Positions 49,758 to 59,339 of a DNA stretch of 64,000 bases are shown in pieces; positions within the stretch are counted from its first letter, which is position 1, and every line of letters begins with the position of its first letter. The DNA comes from Myxococcales bacterium (GTDB lineage: Bacteria; Myxococcota_A; Polyangia; Polyangiales; DASUME01): positions 7,296,001 through 7,360,000 of the forward strand of contig JASGJH010000001.1 in assembly GCA_047601445.1 (NCBI GenBank), given 5' to 3'. A program made the position numbers and the translations under genes. The notes below the pieces were generated by a model that saw only the letters and a list, made by a program, of their open reading frames with translations, made no database searches and was not told the DNA's origin.

Positions 49758-50201
49758 ATGTCGAACCCTGACAGTATGTCCATGGTGTCCTTGCAGACCC
49801 TGACGCATCGGGAGAAGCGCATCCTGACTCACGTGCTCGACGGCTCCCCCAGCAAGCGAATCGCCCTCGAGGTCGGAGTCTCCGAGACCCAGGTTTCCAA
49901 GTCGCTGGCTGCATCGGCCCTGAAATTGGGATTTCACAACCGTGCCGAGTTGGTGCGTTTCGCGGCCGCCCACGGTCGACAGCTCAGGTCTGCCTTGCCG
50001 GGCGCCCTGACCACGGCGGAGCGGGGGGTGCTGGAGCTGTTGGTGGCAGGCCACTCGAACGAGGAGATCGCGGCACGGCGGGGGCGCTCGCGTAAGACCA
50101 TCGAAAATCAAGTCTCAGCCCTGTTGCGCAAGACTGGGCTCGCCAGCCGTCGCAGCTTGATGGTGGCTTTCTGCGATGTCGGACACGAAAGCATGGCCTG
50201 A
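49758..50201 (+). CDS. Tandem LuxR-HTH protein with no sensor domain
   Basis: LTHREKRIL..G...IA and LTTAERGVL..GHSNEEIA..TIENQVSALLRK. Confidence 0.85.
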   Translation: MSNPDSMSMVSLQTLTHREKRILTHVLDGSPSKRIALEVGVSETQVSKSLAASALKLGFHNRAELVRFAAAHGRQLRSALPGALTTAERGVLELLVAGHSNEEIAARRGRSRKTIENQVSALLRKTGLASRRSLMVAFCDVGHESMA

Positions 50202-50302
50202 CCGTCGTCGCAGCGTGTTGCGTCGTGCCGTTGCATGACGACGCCGGGATGGCCAGCGAAGTCAGCCTGTGATATTCGCCCCACACGATCCGAGGTTGAT
50301 TC

Positions 50303-53300
50303 GTGGGGACGAGTGGGTCACACGATACTGACTTATCTGTAGACACGGACTCGGCCTTCGACGCGCTGCTGCGCGAGGCCGCCCAGGTCTCGGAGCCCCC
50401 GTGCGCTCGGCCTCACGCGATCTGGGCCGTCGGCACCACGCTGGCGGCGGCGCGCTTCACCATCACCCGACGCATCGGCGCGGGCGGCATGGGCATTGTT
50501 TACGAGGCCTATGACGCCGAACGGCGGGCGCCCGTGGCCCTCAAGACCCTGGTGGTCCTGGACGCAGCGGGTGTCTATCGCTTGAAGAGCGAGTTTCGGG
50601 CGCTGTCGCACGTGCACCATCCGAACCTGGTGCGACTGCACGAGTTGTTCTGCGATCGAGGCCGCTGGTTCTTCACCATGGACTTCATCGAGGGGAAGCG
50701 CTTCGATCACTGGGTGCGACCCGATGGCCTCGACGAAGTGCGCCTTCGCGACGCATTTGGGCAGCTCACCGGCGCCATTGGCGCCATCCATGCGGGCGGC
50801 AAGCTGCACCGCGACCTGAAGCCAAGCAATGTGCTGGTCACCAGCGCGGGCAAGGTGGTGGTGCTCGACTTCGGCTTGGTGGCCACCACGTCGTACGCCA
50901 CCGACGGGTCGGCACCGGTCGACGAACGCTTCGGCGGTACGCCAGCCTACATGGCGCCCGAGCAAGCTGCGGGCGGCGCTGTCACGGGTGCCAGCGACTT
51001 CTACGCGCTTGGGGTCATGCTCTTCGAGGCGCTGACCGGCGGAAGGCCGTTCGAGGGTCGACCTGCGGAGGTCTTGCTTGCCAAGCAACGTGTTGCGGCG
51101 CCGCAAGTCAGTGAGGCCGCGGCCGATGCGGGCGGGGCGCCAGGCGATCTCTGCGCGCTCTGCGATCGACTGCTCGACCGAGATCCGGCACGGCGACCCG
51201 ACGAGGCCAGCTTGCTTCGTGCCTGCGGTCCCGTGGGCGCTCTGGACGGACTCGATCGCGGGCACGCCTCACTCGTGCCTCCCAATAGCGTCAGGCCGGT
51301 GTTCCTCGGCCGGCATGCGGAGCTCTCCGCCTTGCGCGCGGCCTTTCAGGAAGCGCGCGCTGGTCGACCCACGGTGTTGTTCGTGTCGGGCGAGAGCGGC
51401 ATGGGAAAGAGCGCGCTGGTGGAGGCCTTCCTGGCCGAGCTGCGAGCCCACGCGGGCGCCGTGGTCCTGGCTGGTCGCTGCAACGAGCGCGAGAACGTCC
51501 CCTACAAAGCCCTCGATGCGTTGGTCGACGAGCTCAGTCGTCATCTGCGCCAGCTTTCACCAGCAGACGCAGCGAGGTTCGTGCCGCCGGAGGCCTTCAC
51601 GTTGCCGCGCCTGTTCCCGGTGCTCGAGCGCGTTCCTGCCCTCGCCGAGGCTCCCCAGCGCGCCGTGCTCGATCTGCACGACCTGCAGGCGCGTGCCTTC
51701 GGAGCGTTCAGCGAGCTCATGCGGCGCCTGTGCGAGCATGGCCCGCTCGTGCTGTTCATCGACGATCTGCAGTGGACGGACGACGACTCCGTGCGCCTCC
51801 TGCGCCACTTGCTCATGCCCGCCGATCCGCTGCCCGCGCTGCTCGTGTTCGCGCACCGCAGCGAGCAGGCCGAGCACGACGCGAGGCTCAAGGCCGTCAT
51901 GACAGCGGCCACGCAAAACCGCTCCATCGACATGCGCCGGCTCGTCATCGGCGGGCTCGATGCGGACGCACTGGTCGCGTTCGTGCGAGGCGAACTGGCC
52001 GCACACGCGCAGACGGATCGCGTGCAGGCCATCGCGCGAGAATCGGGCGGGAGTCCGTTCTTGGTGGCGGAATTGGCCCGCGCCTCGAACTTCGTAGACA
52101 GCGAGCGGCCGGTGCCCACGCTCACGGAAGCGCTCTCGCTGCATGTGGGCCGGCTCCCAGAGATGGCACGTCGGTTGTTGAGCTTGTTGGCGCTGGCCGG
52201 GCAACCCTTGGCGCCGAGCTTGGTGGTCGAGGCCGCCGGCGCGGCGCACGGCCACGAGCTCCTCGATCTATTGCGCAGCGAGCGCCTGGTTCGCGTGGGC
52301 AACGCGGGGCGCATCGGAGAAGACAGCGCGCGGGCCGTGGAGTGCTACCACGATCGGATTCGCGAGCTGGTGGCGAGCGAGCTGTCGCCCGAGCTGACCC
52401 GCGAGCTGTTCGCCGGGCTAGCGCGGGCGCTGTCCGAGCGGCAGCACGTGGACCCGGAGTTGTCGGCGCGCTGTCTCGAGGGGGCAGGGCAAACGCAGGA
52501 GGCCGCTGCGCAGGCACTCTTGGCGGCCGAGCGCGCGATGCAAGCACTGGCCTTCGAGCGCGCCGCCGCGCTCTACCAGAAGGCCCTTTCACTGGGCCAT
52601 TTCGAGCCCGAAGCGACCCGCAAGCTCCAGCGAGCACGCGGCGACGCGTTGGCGCGCGCAGGCCACGGACTGCTCGCCAGCGAGGTCTATTTGGCGGCCC
52701 GGGAAGGCGCTTCGCCGGAGCAGGCCGCGGAGCTGAGTCAACAAGCAGGCGTGTTGCTCCTGATGCTGGGGCGCAGCGTGCGCGGACGTGAGGTGCTGGC
52801 CGAGGGCCTGCGCCCGTTGGGCATCCACATTCCCGAGCACGCCGGCACGGTCTTTCTCGCGCTGCTCTGGGCACGCTTTCGCTTGCGCTTGCACGGCCTG
52901 CGCTTCGATTCGCGTCCTCGCTCGGATGCCGCTACGCTCGCCCGGCTCTCGGCCCTGCGCAGCGCAGCCACCAGCTTCGGCCCGAGTGACACCCTGCGCT
53001 TTGCCCTTTTCAACGCGCGCTGGCTGCTGCTCGGGCTGCGCAGCGGCAACGCAGTCGACGTCGCGCGCGCCGTCGGTGGCGAACTCGTGCTCGCGTCCTA
53101 CGCCCCCGGCACACGCCGCCGCATCCCCGAACTCAGCGCCCTTGGCGACGAGCTGGTCGAAGCCGTGAGCGACGTCGACGCGCACTTCTCCATGCGCTGG
53201 GGCCACGCCTGGGCCTGTCTGCACGATCCCCCATGGCGAGCGGATTGGAGCCGCAGCCTCGCCCATACCGAAGCCTGCATCGCCCTGGCCCGCGAGCATC

Positions 53301-54088
53301 CGGTCTCCATCGGCGCTTATGTCGAGCCGTGGTGTCAGTACATGCGCGGTGCGCTGCTCGCGTCCTTGGGTCGCTTCCAGGAGGTGCGGACCATCGTGCG
53401 CGCGCAGTTCGGTCACGAGCTCTTGAACCGCAACCTCACCGTGCTCCCCGCACTCGCCACGCTGGCGGCGCTGGTCTTGCCGGCCCTCGGTGAGCACGAC
53501 GAAGCCGAACGAATCGTGCGCGAGAGCCGCGCCAGCTGGAGCTCCGACGAGGTCGCCGTGCAGGACCTCAACTTATTGCTCGGGCTGAGCTTCCTGGCGC
53601 GGCATCGCGGAGAGGCCGTGGCGGGCTGGCTGGAGTTCTGCGCGCTCTGGGAGCGCATGCGGTCCTCCTTATTACCGCGCGTCATCATGGCCCCCATGTT
53701 GAGCGGCATGGGCGGCACGCTGGCCGCGGCCGCTGCGCGGGAGGTGGATCAACCCTCCGAACGTGCGGCACTCGAGCGACAGGCGCGGCGTCTACTCGGA
53801 CGCGCCGCGAACTCGGGCTCGCGCGCGGCCCGGCTCAGCGTCCGCACCCAGCTCGCGTGCCTATCCGGTGACCGACGCCGCGCGGCGCAACATTTGCGCG
53901 GGCTGCTGGAACTCGAGGGTCTCAGCCCCTTGGTGGAGCATGCCAGCAAGCGTCAGCTCGGACGTGTGCTGGGGGACTCTCAGGGCAGGGCGCTCATCAC
54001 CGCAGCGGACCGCTGGTTCGAGGAGCGTGGAGTTCTTGACCCCGAGCGTCTGAGCGGCCTGGTCATGCCCGGAGCAGACTTCCTCTGA
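50303..54088 (+). CDS. Ser/Thr protein kinase with AAA ATPase and helical C-terminal regions
   Basis: GAGGMG, VALK, HRDLKPSN, DFG, GTPAYMAPE; GESGMGKS, IDDLQW, HDRIRE. Confidence 0.93.
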   Translation: MGTSGSHDTDLSVDTDSAFDALLREAAQVSEPPCARPHAIWAVGTTLAAARFTITRRIGAGGMGIVYEAYDAERRAPVALKTLVVLDAAGVYRLKSEFRALSHVHHPNLVRLHELFCDRGRWFFTMDFIEGKRFDHWVRPDGLDEVRLRDAFGQLTGAIGAIHAGGKLHRDLKPSNVLVTSAGKVVVLDFGLVATTSYATDGSAPVDERFGGTPAYMAPEQAAGGAVTGASDFYALGVMLFEALTGGRPFEGRPAEVLLAKQRVAAPQVSEAAADAGGAPGDLCALCDRLLDRDPARRPDEASLLRACGPVGALDGLDRGHASLVPPNSVRPVFLGRHAELSALRAAFQEARAGRPTVLFVSGESGMGKSALVEAFLAELRAHAGAVVLAGRCNERENVPYKALDALVDELSRHLRQLSPADAARFVPPEAFTLPRLFPVLERVPALAEAPQRAVLDLHDLQARAFGAFSELMRRLCEHGPLVLFIDDLQWTDDDSVRLLRHLLMPADPLPALLVFAHRSEQAEHDARLKAVMTAATQNRSIDMRRLVIGGLDADALVAFVRGELAAHAQTDRVQAIARESGGSPFLVAELARASNFVDSERPVPTLTEALSLHVGRLPEMARRLLSLLALAGQPLAPSLVVEAAGAAHGHELLDLLRSERLVRVGNAGRIGEDSARAVECYHDRIRELVASELSPELTRELFAGLARALSERQHVDPELSARCLEGAGQTQEAAAQALLAAERAMQALAFERAAALYQKALSLGHFEPEATRKLQRARGDALARAGHGLLASEVYLAAREGASPEQAAELSQQAGVLLLMLGRSVRGREVLAEGLRPLGIHIPEHAGTVFLALLWARFRLRLHGLRFDSRPRSDAATLARLSALRSAATSFGPSDTLRFALFNARWLLLGLRSGNAVDVARAVGGELVLASYAPGTRRRIPELSALGDELVEAVSDVDAHFSMRWGHAWACLHDPPWRADWSRSLAHTEACIALAREHPVSIGAYVEPWCQYMRGALLASLGRFQEVRTIVRAQFGHELLNRNLTVLPALATLAALVLPALGEHDEAERIVRESRASWSSDEVAVQDLNLLLGLSFLARHRGEAVAGWLEFCALWERMRSSLLPRVIMAPMLSGMGGTLAAAAAREVDQPSERAALERQARRLLGRAANSGSRAARLSVRTQLACLSGDRRRAAQHLRGLLELEGLSPLVEHASKRQLGRVLGDSQGRALITAADRWFEERGVLDPERLSGLVMPGADFL

Positions 54089-54311
54089 AGCCTTTGCGTC
54101 GATCTGTTCGCACTCCGGCGCATTCGAACTCCACGCGGGAAACCCTGACGAAACGCTACAAGAGGCGCGCTGGAGGCGCGACGCCGAGTGCGGATTGTCA
54201 CGCGCGATCAACCGAGCTGGGGTGAGCATCTGGAAGATTGAGTCGCCTGACCTTTTCTTTCTGACGGTTCGCACTAAATGGCCGTCTCTGAGAAGGGATT
54301 GCGCACGACGA

Positions 54312-54337
54312 GAATCCTTGGTCTAAGTCCAGGATTC
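54312..54337. promoter_or_regulatory. Inverted repeat GAATCCT-N12-AGGATTC
   Basis: Perfect 7-bp arms about 125 bp upstream of a LuxR-family gene. Confidence 0.4.
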
Positions 54338-54463
54338 CCTCGAAGGTTGTTCACGGACTCGGTCGCTGGTGTGAGGGAAGTCTTACGGACGTGTCGCCCA
54401 TCACCCCAGCGTGACGCCCGCCATTCTTGGCGGATGCCTCAGTAAGGAAAGGGTGAGTCTGCT

Positions 54464-55609
54464 TTGTCACCTGATTATGTCGCCGTCGTCGAGGCCTGCT
54501 ACGGGCCTGCCCCTAGCCACGAAGCATGGGCCAGGCGTCTGTTGAACGCTTTCGGCGAAGAACTCGGAATCGAACGCAGTTGTCTCATTCTTACTGGTGG
54601 ACTCGCATCGGACTCCAGAATCGAGGTCATTGAAAAATTGGACCCGGCTGCGGGACCTTCTTCTCCGGCGAGAGCGTTGCTCACCAGGCACGTGAGCTTC
54701 TTCCGTAGGCCGCCTGGTCTGTTGCACGTGGCGCAGCCGGGCGCGGCCTCTCCGCTCGAGTATGCGGATTGGGTCAAGAGCATCTCCGGTCCCACGGCTG
54801 CGCCCGTGGTCTCGCTGTTCGGCAAGCCGAACGCGGACTCGTCCTTTGCTATCGGCCTGTGCACGGCCGACCTGCAGCGTTGGGGGCGGCCGCACCGCGA
54901 GGCCCTGCTCCGCCTGCGCATCCACATCGAGGCCGCCCTGCGCCTCCGGTCGGCCCCGAGCGAGTGTGCCGTCGCGCGCATCTTCGTGGACGGGCGGGTC
55001 GAATCCCTCGAGGGCAGCGCCCTGTGGCTCCCCAAGCCAGCCAACCTGGTGCGTCGCATGCGCGCCATCGAGCGTGCTCGCATGGAGCTGCGTCGACTTT
55101 CGGGTCTGCAAGCCTGGCCCGTGCTCGTGGATGGCTGTTGGAGCCTGGTAGAGCGAACCCACTTGGACGAGCGAGCCTACTTGGCGCTGCTCAATCCCCC
55201 CGCCAAGAGCGCGGCGGTCACGCTCAACGATCGCGAGGCGGGCATCGTGGCCTTTGCCTCCCAGGGACTCTCCAATCGCCACGTGGCCTATGCTTTGGGG
55301 CTCACGGGGAGCCAGGTTTCTCACTCGTTGTCGTTGGTCGCGCGCCGCATGAAGTTTCGCAGTCGCGCCGAACTCGCGCGCCACGTGGCGAGTCAGGCGA
55401 AGAGCCGCCAGTCCGGGCACCGCCAACCGCTCACCGACGCAGAGTCGAGCGTGCTCGAACTCGTGCAGCTGGGGCTGTCGAACGAAGCCATCGCCAAGGC
55501 TCGCAAGAGCTCGCCGCGCACCGTGGCCAACCAGGTCGCATCCCTGCTGCGCAAGTTGGGCGCGAGCAATCGGCGGGCGTTGGTGGTGATGGATTGCGCA
55601 GTGCACTAG
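54464..55609 (+). CDS. LuxR-family regulator with two C-terminal HTH domains
   Basis: LNDRE..GLSNRHVA and LTDAE..GLSNEAIA..RTVANQVASLLRKLG; TTG start uncertain. Confidence 0.82.
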   Translation: MSPDYVAVVEACYGPAPSHEAWARRLLNAFGEELGIERSCLILTGGLASDSRIEVIEKLDPAAGPSSPARALLTRHVSFFRRPPGLLHVAQPGAASPLEYADWVKSISGPTAAPVVSLFGKPNADSSFAIGLCTADLQRWGRPHREALLRLRIHIEAALRLRSAPSECAVARIFVDGRVESLEGSALWLPKPANLVRRMRAIERARMELRRLSGLQAWPVLVDGCWSLVERTHLDERAYLALLNPPAKSAAVTLNDREAGIVAFASQGLSNRHVAYALGLTGSQVSHSLSLVARRMKFRSRAELARHVASQAKSRQSGHRQPLTDAESSVLELVQLGLSNEAIAKARKSSPRTVANQVASLLRKLGASNRRALVVMDCAVH

Positions 55610-55664
55610 CGGTGCGCTGACAAAGTCAGCACACCGTTCCCGTGCCAGCCTTGCGGCAGCGAGG

Positions 55665-55684
55665 CGTGCCCGCGCCCGTGCCCG
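55665..55684 (+). repeat. Dispersed GTGCCC-type repeat, copy 2
   Basis: Identical 20-mer to 9460-9479. Confidence 0.6.
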
Positions 55685-55766
55685 TCCCGGCCCGCGCCCC
55701 GCCTCCCACCCCGGACAAGGCCGTTTCGTGCACTTGCGGGGTGGCGTGCTAGTTGCTTGGGCTCCC

Positions 55767-57287
55767 ATGCCGCATGAGTTCTTGTCGCTGGCCCACGACT
55801 ACGGAACGGGCTTCATTTTGGCCCTCGCGCTGGTGGCACGACTGGTGGTCCTGGCGAGCCCCAAGGGCTCCGAACCTCGGCAACGCTTTCGGTTCGCCTT
55901 CTCCGTCGTCCTCATCCACCTGATCTTCCTGATCGCTGCCACCTTGCTCAGCGCTTACGACCCGGTGGTCATGGGGGGCGCGAAGGTGGGCGTGGCGCTC
56001 ACGTCGTCGCTCGCGGCAGTCACGTTGGGCAGCATCCTCCTGTTCGAGGGGCTCGTGCGGCGTCTGCGTCCGGGGCTGCCTCGCATCGTCCCCGATGTGG
56101 TCACCACGCTGGCCGCCATGGTGAGCTTGGTACGCGCCTCGCACCAGCTCGGCTTCGAGGTCACTGGCGTGATCGCCACCAGCGCCGTGCTTACCGCGGT
56201 GGTCGGCTTGTCGCTGCAGGACACCCTCGGCAACGTGCTCGGCGGGCTCGCGCTGCAGCTCGACTCTTCCGTGCAGGTCGGCGACTGGGTGCGTCTGCCC
56301 GATGTGGCCGGGCGCGTGACGCAGATTCGCTGGCGCTATACCGCCATCGAGACCAACAACTGGGAGACCGTGATCGTCCCCAACTCCACCTTGATGCGAG
56401 GCCAGGTGGTGATTATGGGGCGCCGCGAAGGCAAGCCCGTGCAGTGGCGGCGCTGGGTGCACTTCCAGGTGGACTTCCGCACGGCCCCGGGTGACGTCAT
56501 CGACGTGGTGGAGCGGGCACTGCGCGCGCAGCCCATCCCGAACGTGGCCAGCGACCCGCGCCCCAACTGCATCGCCACGGATTTCGCCGAGAGTCAGACC
56601 AAGTATGCGGTGCGCTATTGGCTCACCGAGCTGAGCGCCGACGACCCCACCGACAGCGTGGTGCGGAACTACATCTTCCACGCCCTCGCGCGCGCCAGGA
56701 TTCCGCTCTCCATCCCGGCCCAGACCGTGTTCGTCACGGAGGACGATCAAGCGCGCCACGAATACAAGCGTGCCACCGAGCACGAACGGCGCATGGAGGC
56801 CCTGGCGACCATCGACCTGTTCGCCAGTCTGAATGCCGACGAGCGCACCGAGCTCGCCCTCAGTCTCGAGCGCGCTCCGTTCCCGCGCGGTGCCACCATC
56901 ACGCAGGAGGGGGCCGTGGCGCACCACCTGTATATGATCCTCTCGGGCGACATCTCCGTGCGCGCCGGGGGCCTCGAGGAAAACCGTGAAGTCGGGCGGC
57001 TCAAGGCGGGCGACATCTTCGGTGAGATGGCGCTGCTCACGGGCGAACGTCGCAGCGCCAGCTTGATCGCGCTGACCGACGTCAATTGCTACCGACTCGA
57101 TGCCAAGGTCTTCCGCGCGCTGCTGGAGAAGCGCCCGGATCTTGCCGAGCGTGTCGCGCAAGTGCTCGCCGACCGGCAGACGGGCCTCACGAGCGCGAGG
57201 GAGCGCAGCAAGCAGCAAGCCGCGCTGCGCGCCGAGAACGAGCGCGCAATTCTCTCGAAAATCAAGGCTTTCTTCGATCTCGATTGA
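55767..57287 (+). CDS. MscS-family channel with C-terminal cyclic-nucleotide-binding domain
   Basis: GLSLQDTLGN, VGDWV, IRWR, IVPN; FGEMALLTGERRSA. Confidence 0.92.
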   Translation: MPHEFLSLAHDYGTGFILALALVARLVVLASPKGSEPRQRFRFAFSVVLIHLIFLIAATLLSAYDPVVMGGAKVGVALTSSLAAVTLGSILLFEGLVRRLRPGLPRIVPDVVTTLAAMVSLVRASHQLGFEVTGVIATSAVLTAVVGLSLQDTLGNVLGGLALQLDSSVQVGDWVRLPDVAGRVTQIRWRYTAIETNNWETVIVPNSTLMRGQVVIMGRREGKPVQWRRWVHFQVDFRTAPGDVIDVVERALRAQPIPNVASDPRPNCIATDFAESQTKYAVRYWLTELSADDPTDSVVRNYIFHALARARIPLSIPAQTVFVTEDDQARHEYKRATEHERRMEALATIDLFASLNADERTELALSLERAPFPRGATITQEGAVAHHLYMILSGDISVRAGGLEENREVGRLKAGDIFGEMALLTGERRSASLIALTDVNCYRLDAKVFRALLEKRPDLAERVAQVLADRQTGLTSARERSKQQAALRAENERAILSKIKAFFDLD

Positions 57288-57361
57288 GGGGCGCGCGGTC
57301 CCGTGCTCAGGCCCCGCACTCCCCTTCTGGCATTGGCGTAGAGTTTGCTCGTTTCGTGGGG

Positions 57362-59278
57362 GTGGAACGAACGCATCCGCCCACGCACGAGTCCTCTCGC
57401 CCTGTGCCTCGACGTTCGCATCTACCGGGCCTGTGCCTCGGCGCGCTCGGTGTGGTGTTCGGGGACATCGGCACGAGTCCCATCTATGCGTTCAAGGAGT
57501 GCTTGCGCGGCCCCCACGGCGCGGAGCCCACGCCCGAGAACGTGCTCGGAGTGCTGTCCCTGATTTTCTGGGCGCTCACGCTGGTGGTGACGGTGAAGTA
57601 CTTGATCTTCATCATGCGTGCGAGCAATCAGGGGGCGGGTGGTATCTTTGCGCTGCTCGCGCTGTTGCCCGAGCGCGAAGGTGTGCACGCCAAGCGGCTC
57701 ACCTGGATGACGGCGCTCGGCGTGGTGGGTGCGGCGCTCTTGTACGGCGACGGCATCATCACGCCTGCGGTCTCCGTGCTGTCGGCGGTGGAAGGTCTCG
57801 AGTTGGTGGCGCCGTCGCTGAAGAGCTTCGTGGTGCCCGTCACCTGCGCCATCCTGCTCCTCCTGTTCGCGCTGCAGCATCGCGGGACCGGGACCATCGG
57901 CAAATTGTTCGGGCCCGTCATGCTGCTCTGGTTCGTCGTGATCGGTGCGCTCGGGGTCACCCACATTGCAGCCGAGCCGCGCGTGTTGGGGGCTTTGTCG
58001 CCGCACCATGCGGTTCTCTTCTTCGTGCAGCACGGGCTGACGGGAGGCTTGATCCTCGGCGCGGTGGTGCTGGCCGTGACGGGCGGCGAAGCGCTCTACG
58101 CGGACATGGGGCACTTCGGTGCCAAGCCGATTCGCATGGCTTGGTTCTTCGTAGCCATGCCCGCCCTCGTGTGCGCTTACTTCGGGCAGGGCGCGCTCGT
58201 GCTCGCGCACCCGCAGCTGGCCAACAATCCTTTCTTCGGCATGGTGGGTCCTGGGATCCAGAGCCTGGCGCTCGTGGTGCTCTCCGCGATGGCCACCGTG
58301 ATCGCGTCCCAGGCCCTGATTTCGGGGGTGTTTTCCTTGACCCGTCAGGCCGTGCAGCTCGGCCTCTTGCCGCGCGTCAACATCCGCCATACGGCGCGTG
58401 AGGCCGAAGGTCAGGTCTACGTACCGGTCGTCAACCATGGCTTGGCCGTGGCATGCGTGGCGCTGGTCATCGGCTTCCAGCAATCGGGTCGTCTGGCCTC
58501 TGCCTACGGCATCGCCGTGAGCGGCACCATGGCCATCACGTCGCTGGTGTACTTCGAGGTGGTGCGCACGCGCTGGGGGTGGCCGCTGTCCAAGGCGCTC
58601 GCGGTGCTCTTGCTCTTCTTGTCGTTCGACCTGGCGTTCCTGGCGGCGAACGCCGTGAAGATCCTCGACGGCGGCTATATCCCGATCAGCGTGGCGGCGG
58701 TCTTCGGAGGCGTCATGCTGATCTGGAAATCGGGGGAGCTCGTGCACGCGCGGCGCCTGCAGCGACACACGGAGTCGCTGGCTTCGTTCGTGCATCGTGC
58801 CGCGGGCGGTCTATCCATGCGCGTGCCCGGGACCGCGGTGTTCGTCACCGAGCAAGTTGGCAATGTGCCGCGTGCCATGCGCTGTCAGGTGCGCGCGATC
58901 CCCGCCCTGCAGGAGCAGGTGGTGGTGGTGGGCGTCAAGACGGCCCGCGCGCCCAGCGTGAGCGAAGAGGCTCGGGCCGAGGTGAGCGGTCTGGGACATG
59001 GGTTCTTCCAGGTGCGCCTGCGCTTCGGCTTCATGGAGACGCCCAACCTGCCGAGCGTGCTCGCGCGCGTGCTCTACAAGCATGGTGTGAAGCTCCCCGC
59101 GAACTCCACCACGTACTACCTCGAGCGCGAGACGTTCGTGCCGGGACATCGCGCTCGGATGGCTCCCTGGCGCGAGAAGCTGTTCAGTCGTCTCGCCCTC
59201 AACGCGCGCCGCGCCGACGCCTATTACGGTCTGCCGGCAGCCCACGTGACGGAGATAGGCGAAGAGCTCGAACTGTGA
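57362..59278 (+). CDS. kup: KUP/HAK/KT potassium transporter
   Basis: GVVFGDIGTSPIY, YGDGIITPAVSVLSAVEG, GGEALYADMGHFG, AYGIAV, FGFME. Confidence 0.95.
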   Translation: MERTHPPTHESSRPVPRRSHLPGLCLGALGVVFGDIGTSPIYAFKECLRGPHGAEPTPENVLGVLSLIFWALTLVVTVKYLIFIMRASNQGAGGIFALLALLPEREGVHAKRLTWMTALGVVGAALLYGDGIITPAVSVLSAVEGLELVAPSLKSFVVPVTCAILLLLFALQHRGTGTIGKLFGPVMLLWFVVIGALGVTHIAAEPRVLGALSPHHAVLFFVQHGLTGGLILGAVVLAVTGGEALYADMGHFGAKPIRMAWFFVAMPALVCAYFGQGALVLAHPQLANNPFFGMVGPGIQSLALVVLSAMATVIASQALISGVFSLTRQAVQLGLLPRVNIRHTAREAEGQVYVPVVNHGLAVACVALVIGFQQSGRLASAYGIAVSGTMAITSLVYFEVVRTRWGWPLSKALAVLLLFLSFDLAFLAANAVKILDGGYIPISVAAVFGGVMLIWKSGELVHARRLQRHTESLASFVHRAAGGLSMRVPGTAVFVTEQVGNVPRAMRCQVRAIPALQEQVVVVGVKTARAPSVSEEARAEVSGLGHGFFQVRLRFGFMETPNLPSVLARVLYKHGVKLPANSTTYYLERETFVPGHRARMAPWREKLFSRLALNARRADAYYGLPAAHVTEIGEELEL

Positions 59279-59339
59279 GCCTGTTCGGTGCCCCGCGAAG
59301 TCCTCGGCGGCGCGCGGCTGTTTGTGGCAGGATCGCGCC

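Noticed and set aside
54137..54160. CTGACGA...GAAA as a hammerhead ribozyme core
   Set aside because: No stem II between the core elements and no suitably placed cleavage triplet
57288..57361. c-di-AMP riboswitch before kup
   Set aside because: The gap is too short and lacks the motif
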